A stretch of DNA of 64,000 bases from an uncultured Acidobacteriota bacterium (lineage in GTDB: Bacteria; Acidobacteriota; UBA6911), in assembly GCA_963843575.1 (NCBI GenBank), contig CAWJKZ010000010.1, forward strand, positions 224,001-288,000. Direction: 5' to 3'. The translations under genes were made by a program, and so were the position numbers. How positions within the stretch are numbered: position 1 is the stretch's first letter; the number at the start of each line of letters is the position of its first letter. This document shows, piece by piece, positions 42,984-54,085 of this stretch. The notes under the pieces are model-generated. The model had not been told where the DNA came from and did not search any database. It saw nothing but the letters and a program-made list of their open reading frames with translations.

Positions 42984-44267
42984 ATGGAACAACATGACGG
43001 CAAAGTGGGACGCCGCGCGTTCCTGGGAACCGCGGCGGCCGCGGCGGGCGTAATGTTCATCAAGCCCGAGCTGGTGCGCGGCACGGCGGCGAACTCCGCG
43101 GTGGCGCTTGGCGTCCTGGGGTGCGGCGGGCGCGGGACCGCGGTAGGGACGGGCTTCGTCGAAAATACGTCGGCCGTGGTGGTGGCGCTGGCCGATCTTT
43201 TCCCCGACAGGATTGAAGAAGGGCTGAAGACCTTCAACGCCAAGCTGCAGGCCAAGGGGAAGCCTGCCATCGCGAACTCCGAGCTCTACAAGGGACCCAA
43301 GGCGTACGAGGGGATTCTCGCTTCCAAGGCGGTCGACGCGATCCTGGTTTCGACCCCGCCCTACTTCCATCCCCGGCACTTCGAACTGGCGGTCGCCGCG
43401 GGCAAGCACGTTTATTGCGAAAAGCCCGTGGGCGTCGATGTTCCAGGTGCCCTGAAGGTCGTCGAGATCGGCAAGAAGGCCGAGGGGAAACAGAGCATGG
43501 CGGTCGGGTTTCAGATCCGCAAGGCCCCCCCTTATGTCGAGCTCGCGCGCCGCATCCAGGGCGGGGCGCTCGGCACGATCGGCTGCGGGCTGGCCTATTA
43601 CTACTGTCCGCACATCGACCGGCCCGACTGGCCGAAAGCCTCGGCGGACGAGAAGCGGCTGCGCAACTGGGTCTGGTACCGTTCGCTGTCGGGTGACATC
43701 ATCGTCGAGCAGAACGTGCACGTCATCGACATCTGCAACTGGATCATGAAGACTCACCCGGTCAAGGCGGTCGGCTCCGGCAGCCGCAAGCTGCGGCAGG
43801 ACACCGGCGACTGCTACGACAATTTCAACCTCGTCTTCACCTACCCTAACGACATCCAGGTGAGCTTCGGCTCCACGCAGTTCGACAAGCACGCGTTCGA
43901 CGCCGCCGTGCGCTTCTTCGGGACGCGGGGCAGCTGCGAGGCCCACTACGACCACCGGATGAGCATCTCGGGCGAAGAGCCGTGGGATGCGGGTCTGGGA
44001 TCGAACCAGGCGGGCGGCCAGTTCTCCGCCTCCGGAACCTTCGCCGGCGCGCTCGACCAGGCCGACTCGGAGAAGCAGAAGTCGTTCGTCGAAAGCATCA
44101 CGAGCGGCAAGTTCGTCAACGAGACCGCGCAGGGCGCCGATACGGCGATGTCCTGCATGCTCGGCAGGAACGCCGCCTACAGCGGCAAGGCGATCACGTG
44201 GGACGAGCTCCTGAAGTCGAAGGAAGTCTACGACCCCAAACTCGACCTCAACAAATTCGCCACATAG
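42984..44267 (+). CDS. Tat-exported Gfo/Idh/MocA oxidoreductase
   Basis: RRAFL Tat motif; GCGGRG, CEKP, GFQ, GDIIVEQNVH. Confidence 0.92.
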   Translation: MEQHDGKVGRRAFLGTAAAAAGVMFIKPELVRGTAANSAVALGVLGCGGRGTAVGTGFVENTSAVVVALADLFPDRIEEGLKTFNAKLQAKGKPAIANSELYKGPKAYEGILASKAVDAILVSTPPYFHPRHFELAVAAGKHVYCEKPVGVDVPGALKVVEIGKKAEGKQSMAVGFQIRKAPPYVELARRIQGGALGTIGCGLAYYYCPHIDRPDWPKASADEKRLRNWVWYRSLSGDIIVEQNVHVIDICNWIMKTHPVKAVGSGSRKLRQDTGDCYDNFNLVFTYPNDIQVSFGSTQFDKHAFDAAVRFFGTRGSCEAHYDHRMSISGEEPWDAGLGSNQAGGQFSASGTFAGALDQADSEKQKSFVESITSGKFVNETAQGADTAMSCMLGRNAAYSGKAITWDELLKSKEVYDPKLDLNKFAT

Positions 44268-44337
44268 ACGTGCCCGGTCGCGCCCGCGGGCTGCTGCGAC
44301 GGCCCGCGGGCCCCCGTCCGGCACCAAGGAGGAAACG

Positions 44338-45247
44338 ATGAGCTCGGAAGCGACACGTCGGGATTTTCTGAAGGCCTCGTTGGGCGCGGCAGCGCTGGCC
44401 AGCCTGGCGGCGCCCGCCGATGACGGCGCTTCAGGCGCCGAAGGGCAAGCTGCTGAAGGGTGTGGTCTGGGGCATGCTGCCGGAGAAGAGCAGCATCGCG
44501 GACAGGTTCAAGATGGCGGCCGACGCCGGCTTCGAGGTTGTCGAGGCCTACACCACACCAGATCAGCGCACGGCGGAGGAGATCAAAAAGGGAGCCGATG
44601 ACGCCAAAATCCGGATCACCTCCGTGATGAACCAGGCGCACTGGGAGTTCCCGCTCTCCTCGAGCGATCCCGCCGTCATCCAGAAGAGCCTGGAGGGGAT
44701 GCGGACCTCGATCCGCAACGCCAAGCTGTGGGGAGCCGACGCGGTGCTGCTGGTCCCGGGGGTCGTCAACCCCCAGACCCGCTACCAGGAGGCTTGGGAC
44801 CGTTCGCAGAAACACATCCGCGAACTGATCCCGTTCGCCGCTGAGAACAAGGTCATCATCGCGGTCGAGGAAGTCTGGAACAAATTCCTGATCAGCCCCA
44901 TCGAGTTCGCCAGCTACGTCGACAGCTTCAAGAGCCCCTGGGTCCGGGCCTACTTCGACGTCGGCAACGTCCTGCTCTTCGGCTACTCGCAGGACTGGAT
45001 CCGGACCCTCGGGAAACGGATCGTGAAGGTGCACCTGAAAGACTTCAAGGTGACTTCCAAGGGCTTCAGCCCGTTCACGGCGGAGTTCGTAAACCTGGGC
45101 GAAGGGGATGTCCCGTGGCCGGAAATCCGCAAGGCGCTGACCGAGATCGGCTACTCGGGGACCGTCACGGCGGAACTCGACGAGGGGGACCTCGGCTACC
45201 TCACGGATGTCCGGAAGCGCATCGACAGGCTGGTCCTGGGGGTGTAG
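44338..45247 (+). CDS. Tat-exported sugar phosphate isomerase/epimerase (TIM barrel); indel near 44415
   Basis: TRRDFLK Tat motif; VLLVPG, EEVWNKFL, YFDVGN, VHLKDF. Confidence 0.88.
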
Positions 45248-45297
45248 GACCGTTCACCCGGCCCTCGAACCGTGTATGCCGAGGGGTACCAACCAGG

Positions 45298-45927
45298 ATG
45301 CGTCGCGCGATTGAAGTGAACCGGAGGTATTTCAGGCAAGCCTACCGGACGGGGATTCACGGTTGGGAGACGGACGATCCGTCTCCCTATGCCGTGTCTT
45401 TCCTGCGGCAACTCGCCTCCGAGATCCCTGGAGCGGCGCTGCTGGACCTTGGCTGCGGGGAGGGTCGGCACGCCTGCGCCGCCGCGAAGCTCGGGTTCCG
45501 GGTCACCGGCGTCGACGCCGAACCGCTGGCAGTCGCGCACGCCGCCGTGCGCGCCCGGGCGGCGGGTTGCGCGCGGATCCGGTTCCGCCGAGCCGCAGCC
45601 CTGAAACTGCCGTTCGTCCCCGCCGTCTTCGATATCGTCCTCGACTACGGCTGCCTTCACCACCAGCGCAAATCGGACTGGCGACCGTACCGGGACGCGG
45701 TGCTGCGCGTCCTGCGGCCGGACGGGTTTTACCTTCTGTCGGCGTTTACGCCCGCGTTCCGGCTTTTCGCCGGGAGAACCGTTCCGTGGCACATCGCGGA
45801 CGGGGCCTATCGCCGCTGTTTCACCCGCGCGGACCTCCACGCTTTTGCCAACGACCGGTTCGAGTTCTTGGACGTCCGCGAGCAGGTCCCCCCCGGTTTC
45901 TGGCATGTCCTGATGAAACGGATCTGA
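45298..45927 (+). CDS. Class I SAM-dependent methyltransferase
   Basis: LDLGCGEGR, GVD, FDIVLDYGCLHH. Confidence 0.88.
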   Translation: MRRAIEVNRRYFRQAYRTGIHGWETDDPSPYAVSFLRQLASEIPGAALLDLGCGEGRHACAAAKLGFRVTGVDAEPLAVAHAAVRARAAGCARIRFRRAAALKLPFVPAVFDIVLDYGCLHHQRKSDWRPYRDAVLRVLRPDGFYLLSAFTPAFRLFAGRTVPWHIADGAYRRCFTRADLHAFANDRFEFLDVREQVPPGFWHVLMKRI

Positions 45928-45933
45928 GCCGCT

Positions 45934-46650
45934 TCACTTCAGGGCACGGATGCGCACCTCGATGTCCTTCTCTCCTTTCAACAAGTTCACGAGGGCCGCC
46001 GTGTCGGTGTTGCCGTAGTGGTACGGGTAAAGGATTCCCGGCCGGAATGCGCGCGCGGCTTCGGCAACCATCTCCGGCGTCATCGTGTACGGAAGGTTCA
46101 TCGGGAGGAAAGCCACGTCGATGCGGGGGATCACCTTCATCTCCGGGATGTTTTCCGTGTCGCCCGCGACATAGACGCGCTTGTCGCCGAAAGTGACGAT
46201 GTAGCCGTTGCCGCTGCCTTTGGGGTGGAACGGGGCGCCGTCGGGGCGCTTGTGGGCGAGGTTGTAGGCCGGCACGGTCTCGACCTTGAATCCCGCGACC
46301 GTGCGGGTTTCCCCGTTGGACATCAGGATGGCGGCGGGAAGCGCCTTGGCGCAGCCCGGGCTCGCCACCACAGTGGTGGACGGGGTGCTCAGTGCCCGGA
46401 TCGCCTTGGCGTCCAGATGGTCCCCGTGCTCGTGCGTGACGAGTATCAGGTCCGCCTTCGGCAGCACCGAGTAGTCGGTCTCGCTCGAGACCGGGTCGAC
46501 GTGGATCACCTTGCCACCGAAGGTGAACATCAGTGTCCCGTGCCCGACGAACGTCATCTTCAGCTCTCCTCCCGACGTCTTGAGGATGTCTTCCTGCAGC
46601 GGCGGGACCAGCGTTGCAGCACAAAGGAAGAATGCGGTGGTCATGATCAT
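45934..46650 (-). CDS. Metallo-beta-lactamase-fold hydrolase
   Basis: Own RBS GAGGAGG; THEHGDH, VPAYN, YVAGDT, YPYHY. Confidence 0.88.
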   Translation of the reverse strand: MIMTTAFFLCAATLVPPLQEDILKTSGGELKMTFVGHGTLMFTFGGKVIHVDPVSSETDYSVLPKADLILVTHEHGDHLDAKAIRALSTPSTTVVASPGCAKALPAAILMSNGETRTVAGFKVETVPAYNLAHKRPDGAPFHPKGSGNGYIVTFGDKRVYVAGDTENIPEMKVIPRIDVAFLPMNLPYTMTPEMVAEAARAFRPGILYPYHYGNTDTAALVNLLKGEKDIEVRIRALK

Positions 46651-46691
46651 GAGCTCCTCCTCGAAAAAGGTCACAGAAACGTCCGCGGCCG

Positions 46692-49461
46692 TCAGCCGGT
46701 TTCCTGCATGGCGGCCGCGATGCCGTTGATGCTGAGCAATAGCGCCGAGTGCACCTGTTCCTCGTCCGGCGCGCGGGCGACCCGGGCTCGCCGCAACAGC
46801 TCCGCCTGGAGGTAGTTCAGCGCATCGGTGTAAGGGTTGCGCAACCGGATCGACCTCTGGATCACTGGGGCGTTGTCGAGGATCCCGCGCTGGTCGCTGA
46901 TGGCGAGCAGCGCCTTCGGTCGTCACGGCAAATTCCCTGCTGATCCGCCCGAAAATGCGGTTGCGCAGGGCCGCGGGCCTGACCAGCGCCGCGTACCGCC
47001 CGGCGACGTGCATGTCGGCCTTTGCCACCCCCATCGTGCAGCTGTCAATGAGGGTGCGGAAGAACGACCATCCCTCGTACATAGCCCGGTACATCTGCAG
47101 CCGTTGCGCGCACTCGAGCGCCGAGCCGAGCGCGCTCCCCATGCCGTACCAGCTCGGGATCATGAAGCGCGTCTGGGTCCAGCTGAAGACCCAGGGGATG
47201 GCCCGCAAGTCCTCCAGCTCCTGCAGCCCTTTGCGCTGGGCCGGACGCGAGGCGATGGGCAGGCGGCTGATGTAGCGCACCGGGGTCGCCTGCGTGTAGA
47301 AATCCCAGAACCCGGGGTCCTCGTACACCAACTTCCGGTAGGCGGCGCGCGACAGCTCCGCGATGCGCTCGAGCTCCAAAACCCACTCCGGCGGAACCGG
47401 GCGGTGCCAGCTTTTCTTCGCCCGGGGCGCGCTGGTCAGCATGACCGCGTGCACGATCTGTTCGAGGTGGCGGTGCGCGAGCGCCGGCAGCGAGTACCGG
47501 AAGGAGATGACCTCGCCCTGTTCGGTGAAGCGGAACCGTCCGGCCACGCTGCCGACCGGTTGCGACAGGATAGCCTGGCCGGTGCGCCCGCCGCCCCGCC
47601 CGATGCTGCCGCCGCGGCCGTGAAAGAACCGCCACGTGACGCCGTGCTCGCGGCACGCAGCCGCGATCCGCTCCTGGGCCTTGTAGAGTTCCCAGTTGGC
47701 CGACAGGTAACCTCCGTCCTTGTTGCTGTCGGAGTAGCCGAGCATGATCTCCTGCGAGTTCCCTCGCGCTTTGAGCTGCAGCGCGTAGACGGGGTTGGCG
47801 AAGAGGCCGCGGAGGAAACCGCCCGCGGCCCGGAGGTCCTCGACGGTCTCGAGCAGGGGGACGACGTCGAGGTCGCTCTCGGGCACGAGGGCGTCGCGCC
47901 GCGCCCGCCATCGGAATATCCCCGTCTCCTTCGCAAGCAGCAGGACCTCGAGCAGTTCGCTCACGTTGCGGGTGAAGCTGACGACGTAGCAGCGGATCAC
48001 ATCGGTACCGAACCGCTGGTGGCTCTCCCGGATCGCGCGAAACAGGTCGACGACCCGCTGCGCCTCCGGGGGGAGCGGCACCGCGGGGCTGATCAACGGA
48101 CGTGGGGACCGAAGCAGCGCGGTGAGGAGTTCGACCCTCGCCGTTTCGTCCATCCGCGCGTACGGTTTGTCGAGCATCCGCAGGGCGGCGAAGATCCCGG
48201 CGAGGGCCCGGCCGTGTTCGTCGCGGTGCTGGCGCACGTCGAGCTCGGCCAGGTGGAAACCGAAGGTCTCGGCCTGCAGGATCGTGTCGTCCAGGGTGCC
48301 GTCGCCCGCGACTTCGGCCGCCCGGTTCTCGCGCAGGCTCTCGTGGATGAGCCGCAGGTCGGCCACGAACTCGCGCGCCCCCCGGTAGCCGGCGGCACCG
48401 GGGCGGCTGCCGGCTACCAGGGTGTTGCGCAACCTTCTTTCCATCATCCACAGCTTGAGGCGGTAGGGTTCCACGTGGTACCTGCGGGCGGTCTCCCGGT
48501 CGGGTGTGATCTCGGCGCGGTCAGACTCGATCGAGCGCTTCAGAGCGTCGCTGATCCGCACCAGCCGCACCGACTGGCTCAGCTCGTGGCGCAGGTTGCG
48601 CAGCGAACGGATGTGCAGCCGCAACGCGAGCGCCCGGTGCGCGCGCACGGCCCGGCGCGTGATCTCCGGCGTGACGTTCGGGTTGCCGTCGCGGTCGCCG
48701 CCTATCCAGGAGCCGAACTTCAGGAACACAGGGACCTCGAACGGCGCTCCCGGGTAGTAGCGCCGGATGGCGCGCCTGAGGTCGTCGCGTAGCCAGGAGA
48801 CCAGCGGCCAGACGGTCTCGCCGAAGAAAAACAGCCCGTTCTCCACCTCGTCCATCGGGGTGAGGGTGGTCGCGCGCACCTCGTCCGTCTGCCAGAGCGA
48901 CGTGAGGTGGCGGCGCATCTCGGAAATCATGCGTTCCCGCTCCCGCGGCAGTACCCCGTCGCGGCGCAGTTCAAACAGCAGCGCCGAAATGCGCTTGAGC
49001 TTCATCAGGACGGTGCGCCGCTTCGCCTCGGTCGGGTGGGCGGTAAACACCGGCTCGATGCTCAGCGAGCGCACCAGGGACCGCAGGACGGTGGCGCTGA
49101 TGCCGCTGCTCTTCGCCCAGTAGACCGCTTCGGCGATCGATTCCAGCCGGGGCTTCTGTTCGGGGTGGAGCTCCCGCTCGCGGTTGACCCGGACGATCTC
49201 CTGCTGTTCGGCCTCGTTGATCAGGTGGAAATAGACCGTGAAGGCGCGCAGGATGCGGGTGGCCGAGGCCGCGTCCACGCCGCGCACAAGACGCTCGACC
49301 GTGCGCCTCTCGGCGGCGGAATACCCCGCACGCAGGTGTTTGGCCGCGGCGCGGAGTTCTTCCTCTACGGCGTATAGACGTTCCCCTTCCTGTTCGCGCA
49401 GGACCGATCCCAGGAGATCTCCCAGCAGGTGGACGTCGGCGCTGAGTTGATTCGCTTCCAT
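46692..49461 (-). CDS. ppc: Phosphoenolpyruvate carboxylase; indel near 46918
   Basis: [45 protein letters not shown]; C-terminus LRNPY...[12 protein letters not shown] in a shifted frame. Confidence 0.95.
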
Positions 49462-49539
49462 AATTGGTAAAGCCTACTCCAACTGCGTGCCACGGGAGAG
49501 ACGAAAACTGCGGAGCCGGCCGGACGAGGCCGGCGCACG

Positions 49540-49555
49540 CGGCACGCAAATTGCT
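49540..49555 (+). promoter_or_regulatory. Sigma-54 promoter upstream of the efflux operon
   Basis: CGGCACGCAAATTGCT, GG-N10-GC with consensus flanks. Confidence 0.65.
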
Positions 49556-49688
49556 ATTGAAATCGGATGCGGATCTGGCATTCTGACTGATTGGCTGCCC
49601 TGGCGGCTAAGCAAGACCCGACTCGTCGCCCCCCTTTCAGCACCAGCAACCCACTGTCACCTGAGGTGTCGGAAAGGACTCGCGGGAA

Positions 49689-51147
49689 ATGAGACGGAAC
49701 TGGAAGGTGGACGCTCGCGCTGGTCTTGGGCGCACTGCTCGGCCCGGCGGTGGCCGCGGCACAGACGACGACCGGCGCCGCAGCATCGAACATGACGCAG
49801 GTCGCGCCGTCGGGGGCCGGGCTCCCCGCAATGGGCGAGGAGAATCCCCTGCGGGGCGGAGTGCCCGAAGGGAAGCCGACGCCGGGTGTGTTGCCGCTGT
49901 CTCTGACCGACGCAATCCAGATGGGGCTCAGGCACAATCTCGGGATGCTCCTGCAGGGTCAGGGCGTCCGGTCGGCACGCGGTGCGCGGTTGCGGGCGCT
50001 CAGCCAGCTTCTCCCCGACCTCACCACGGCCACAAACGAGAGCAGCCGGCAGGTGAACCTGGCCGCCTACGGCTTTTCCGGCTTCCCGGGCACGCCCACC
50101 ATCGTGGGGCCCTTCGGCGTATTCGACACGCGCGCCTACCTGACCCAGTCCGTCTTTGACTTCAGGGCGCTGAACCGCACCCGGGCGGAGTCGGAAAACG
50201 TCAGCGCCGCCGAATTCTCGGCCGCGGACACGCGCGAAGCGGTCGTGCTCGTGTGCGCCAATCTCTATCTGCAGGCCCTCGCCGGACAAAGCCGCATCGA
50301 AGCGGCGCGTGCGCAGGTCACGACCGCCGAGACGCTGTACCGGCTGGCGGTGGACCGCAAGCAGGCGGGTGTTGTCGCCGGAATCGACGTGTTGCGGGCG
50401 CAGGTAGAAATGCAGGCGCGGCAACACCAGCTCAGCCACGCGGAGGAGCTCGCCGAGCGCGAGAAGCTGGACCTGGCGCGGGCCATTGGGCTGCCCCTCG
50501 GGCAGGAGTTCGCCCTGACCGATCCCATCCCGTACGCCCCCTATTCTCCCCCTTCGCTGGAGGAGGCGCTCCAGCAGGCGTATGCGAACCGCGCCGACTA
50601 TCTCGCGGCCCAGGCCCGCCTGCGCGCCCTGGAGTTCGAACGGCGCGCCGCGGCCGCCGAGCGCCTACCGTCGCTGGAAGTGAACGCCGACTACGGCGAC
50701 ATCGGGCCCAACCCGCTGCGGTCGCACGGCACCTACAGCGTCGCGGCCAACCTGCGCATTCCCATTTTTCAGGGTGGGAGGGTACGCGGCCAGGTTATGG
50801 AGAGTGAGGCGGCGCTGGAGCAGCAACGCGCCCGGGCAGACGACCTGCGGGCACGGATCTACTACGAGGTGCGGACGATCTTCCTCGAGCTGAACTCGTC
50901 CGGTACCCGCGTGAAGGTGGCGCAGAACACGGTGGAGCTGGCACGGCAGCAGCTGGCCCAGGCGCAGGATCGTTTCCGGGCCGGCGTGTCCGATCACCTC
51001 GAAGTCGTCCAGGCGCAGGAGTCCCTGGCGATCGCGCAGGAGGACCTGATCGCCAGCATGTACGAATTCAACACCGCCAAGGCAGGCCTGGCCAGGGCGC
51101 TCGGAGTGGCAGAGCGCGGGTTCGAACAATTTCTCAGGGGAAAATGA
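49689..51147 (+). CDS. TolC-family outer membrane efflux protein (probable indel in the signal peptide)
   Basis: LSLTDAI, LLPDL, DVLRAQ, IPIFQGG, LEVVQAQ; ATGA overlap with the next gene. Confidence 0.9.
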
Positions 51148-52445
51148 TGTCGCGTGAAATCGGGGAACCGGTCGACGCGCAGGCGCCGGGAAGCCCGGAG
51201 CGGGAGCCGCCACGCGACGGATTCCTGCCGCGGCTCCGCCGCCGGCTGTTCCTGGTCCTGACACTCGCCGGAATCGTCGTCCTGCTGGCCGCCGGCGGCT
51301 TCGCGGCCTGGAGTTACTATTCGGTGCGCGAGTCGACCGACGACGCGCAGATCGACGGCCACGTGAACCCGGTCTCCGCCAGGGTGGGGGGGACCGTCAC
51401 CGGCGTGACCGTCGACGACAACCAGTATGTCGCCTCCGGTACCCTGCTGGTGCAGATCGACCCGAGGGATTACGAGGTCGCCGTGCAGCACGCGCAGGCC
51501 AACCTGGCCAACGCCGAGGCGACCGCCAGGGCGGCAGCCACGCGGGTGCCGTTGACGTCGACCACGAGCCGCAGCCAGATCGAGACCGCGCACGCCGCCC
51601 TGCAGCAGGTGGAGGCTGGCGCCGTTTCGGCCGGACGCGAGGTCGAAGCGGCGCGGGCGCGGCTTGCATCGGCGCAGGCCCAGGCCCGCCAGGCGGAGGC
51701 GAACTACACGAAGGCGGCACAGGATTTGGTCAGGATGAAGACCCTGGTGGAGAAAGACGAGATCTCCCGGCAGCAGTATGACGCCACCGTCGCCGCCGAG
51801 GACGCGGCCCGGGGACAGCGCGACGCCGCGGAGGCAGCGATCCGTGAGGCCGAGAAAGGGATCGAGTCCGCACAGGCCCGGCACCGGCAGTCCGAAAGCT
51901 CCATCGCCAAAGCCCGGGCCGAGTTGGCGGGCACCGGTACCGCGCCCCAGCAGATCACGATCTCGCGCGCGGACGCGGACGCGGCCGCGGCGCTCGTCGA
52001 ACAGGCGAAGGCTGCCCTGAGACAGGCCCGGCTGAACCTGGAGTACGCCTCCATTACGGCGCCGGTATCGGGCATCGTCGCCCGAAAGAGCGTCGAGGTC
52101 GGGCAGGTCGTCCAGCCGGGACAGCCGTTGATGGCCGTGGTGCCGCTCGAGGACATCTGGGTCACCGCCAATTACAAGGAAACCCAGCTCAGGCACATGA
52201 AGCCAGGGCAACCGGCGGAGATCAGCGTCGACACCTACGGCGGGCGCGCATACCGCGGCCACGTCGACAGCATCGCGGCCGCGACCGGGGCGAGGTTCAG
52301 CCTGCTGCCGCCCGAGAACGCGACCGGGAACTACGTGAAGGTGGTGCAACGCGTCCCGGTGAAGATCCAGATCGAAGAGGGGCAGGACCCGCAACACCTG
52401 CTGCGCCCGGGCATGTCCGTTTACGCGACCGTGCGGGTTCGCTGA
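51144..52445 (+). CDS. EmrA/HlyD-family membrane fusion protein
   Basis: STDDAQIDG, APVSG, ANYKETQL, PPENATGNYVKVVQRVPV. Confidence 0.93.
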   Translation: MMSREIGEPVDAQAPGSPEREPPRDGFLPRLRRRLFLVLTLAGIVVLLAAGGFAAWSYYSVRESTDDAQIDGHVNPVSARVGGTVTGVTVDDNQYVASGTLLVQIDPRDYEVAVQHAQANLANAEATARAAATRVPLTSTTSRSQIETAHAALQQVEAGAVSAGREVEAARARLASAQAQARQAEANYTKAAQDLVRMKTLVEKDEISRQQYDATVAAEDAARGQRDAAEAAIREAEKGIESAQARHRQSESSIAKARAELAGTGTAPQQITISRADADAAAALVEQAKAALRQARLNLEYASITAPVSGIVARKSVEVGQVVQPGQPLMAVVPLEDIWVTANYKETQLRHMKPGQPAEISVDTYGGRAYRGHVDSIAAATGARFSLLPPENATGNYVKVVQRVPVKIQIEEGQDPQHLLRPGMSVYATVRVR

Positions 52446-52447
52446 CC

Positions 52448-54016
52448 ATGGACGATCACTCGCGGCCGCACACGGGGGGCGTCAATCCCTGGATCATCGC
52501 CGTCTCGGTGATGTTCAGCACGTTCATGGAAGTGCTTGACACCACCGTCGTGAACGTCTCGCTGCCTCACATTGCCGGGAGCCTGTCGGCCAGCATCGAC
52601 GAGTCGACCTGGACGCTGACGTCGTACCTGGTGGCGAACGCCGTGATCCTGCCACTCACGGGCTGGCTGGCGAACTACTTCGGTCGCAAACGCCTCCTCA
52701 TGCTGTCCGTCACCGGGTTTACGATCGCGTCGTTCTTCTGCGGGCTGGCCCCGAACCTCGCGACGCTAGTCGCATTCCGCGTCGTGCAGGGGGCCACGGG
52801 CGGGGCGCTGCAACCGTTGTCCCAGGCGGTGCTCCTGGAGGCCTTTCCGCCGGAGGGACGCGGCAAGGCGATGGCGTTCTGGGGCCTCGGCATCGTCGTC
52901 GCCCCGATTCTCGGGCCGGTGCTCGGCGGCTGGCTGACGGACCAGTACAGCTGGCGCTGGGTCTTCTACGTCAATCTCCCGGTCGGGATCGTCTCGCTCG
53001 TCATGACCAAGATGTTCATCTTCGACCCGCCGTACATCCGGAGGCAATCGACGCGGATCGACTTCTGGGGCATCGGGCTTCTTACGGTCGGGATCGGCGC
53101 CCTCCAGGTCCTGCTCGACAAAGGGCAGGAGGACGACTGGTTCGCGTCCCGTTTCATCGTGACGCTCGCGGTCGTCTCGGCCGTCGGGCTCGCGCTCTTT
53201 GTCGTGCGCGAGTTGACCACGCGCCACCCCGTGGTCGACCTCCAGGTGCTGACGGACCGCACTTTCAGCACGGGCGTCTTCCTGATGACCATGGTCGGGT
53301 TCGTCCTCTTCGGCAGCCTGGTGCTGCTGCCGATCCTGATGCAGACCCTGCTCGGCTACCCGCCGCTGCAGGCCGGCATCGCGCTCGCCCCGCGCGGCAT
53401 GGGTTCGTTTCTCGCCATGCCGGTCATCGGCGTGATCCTGTCCCGCGTCGGCGCGAAGAAGCTGCTGGCCCTGGGGATGACCGGCGGAGGCCTCACATTG
53501 TTCTGGCTCGGCACCCTGAACCTCAACATGGGGTACTGGGACGTGTTCTGGCCCCAGTTCGTTCAGGGGATCGCCCTCGGACTGCTGTTTGTGCCGCTCA
53601 CGACGATCACGATGGCGCCCATCGCGAAGGAGGCTATGGGCAACGCCGCCAGCATCTTCAACCTCATGCGGAATCTCGGCGGCAGCGTCGGGATCGCGAC
53701 CGCGACGACGATCCTGGCACGGCAGCAGCAGCGTGAGGTCAACCTTCTCGGCACGCACGTCAGCGGGTACGACCCGCAGACGCGCGCGCTGCTCGACCAG
53801 CTTCGCGCGGGGATCATGGCGGCCGGCGCCGACGCCGCGACCGCGTCGAACCGGGCTTACGCCGCCCTCGTCGGCATCGTGCAGAGACAGGCGGCAATCC
53901 TCTCCTTCACCCACGTGTTCCAGTTCATGGGCATCGTCTTCCTCCTGTTGCTCCCGCTGCTGCTGCTCATGAAGCCTCCCCCCGGACAGTCCGGTCCCGC
54001 CGCCCCCGTTCACTGA
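52448..54016 (+). CDS. EmrB/DHA2-family MFS efflux transporter
   Basis: MEVLDTTVVNVSLP, TSYLVAN, WRWVFYVNLPVG, LDKG, RNLGGSVG. Confidence 0.95.
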   Translation: MDDHSRPHTGGVNPWIIAVSVMFSTFMEVLDTTVVNVSLPHIAGSLSASIDESTWTLTSYLVANAVILPLTGWLANYFGRKRLLMLSVTGFTIASFFCGLAPNLATLVAFRVVQGATGGALQPLSQAVLLEAFPPEGRGKAMAFWGLGIVVAPILGPVLGGWLTDQYSWRWVFYVNLPVGIVSLVMTKMFIFDPPYIRRQSTRIDFWGIGLLTVGIGALQVLLDKGQEDDWFASRFIVTLAVVSAVGLALFVVRELTTRHPVVDLQVLTDRTFSTGVFLMTMVGFVLFGSLVLLPILMQTLLGYPPLQAGIALAPRGMGSFLAMPVIGVILSRVGAKKLLALGMTGGGLTLFWLGTLNLNMGYWDVFWPQFVQGIALGLLFVPLTTITMAPIAKEAMGNAASIFNLMRNLGGSVGIATATTILARQQQREVNLLGTHVSGYDPQTRALLDQLRAGIMAAGADAATASNRAYAALVGIVQRQAAILSFTHVFQFMGIVFLLLLPLLLLMKPPPGQSGPAAPVH

Positions 54017-54085
54017 AAGCGCCGGACCGGCGGAGTCCTTCGAGTCTGCGAGGTGGGTCCTACAGCTCACCTGAAGGACTGAGAC

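Noticed and set aside
45934-49461. Apparent 1175-aa PEP carboxylase-MBL hydrolase fusion
   Set aside because: The true Ppc C-terminus (LRNPY...MQETG*) lies in another frame ending at 46692 and the MBL gene has its own RBS and start at 46650; a single indel near 46918 creates the fusion.
49477-49491. Sigma-54 promoter for ppc (TGGCACGCAGTTGGA)
   Set aside because: The -12 dinucleotide is GA, not GC, at the required spacing.
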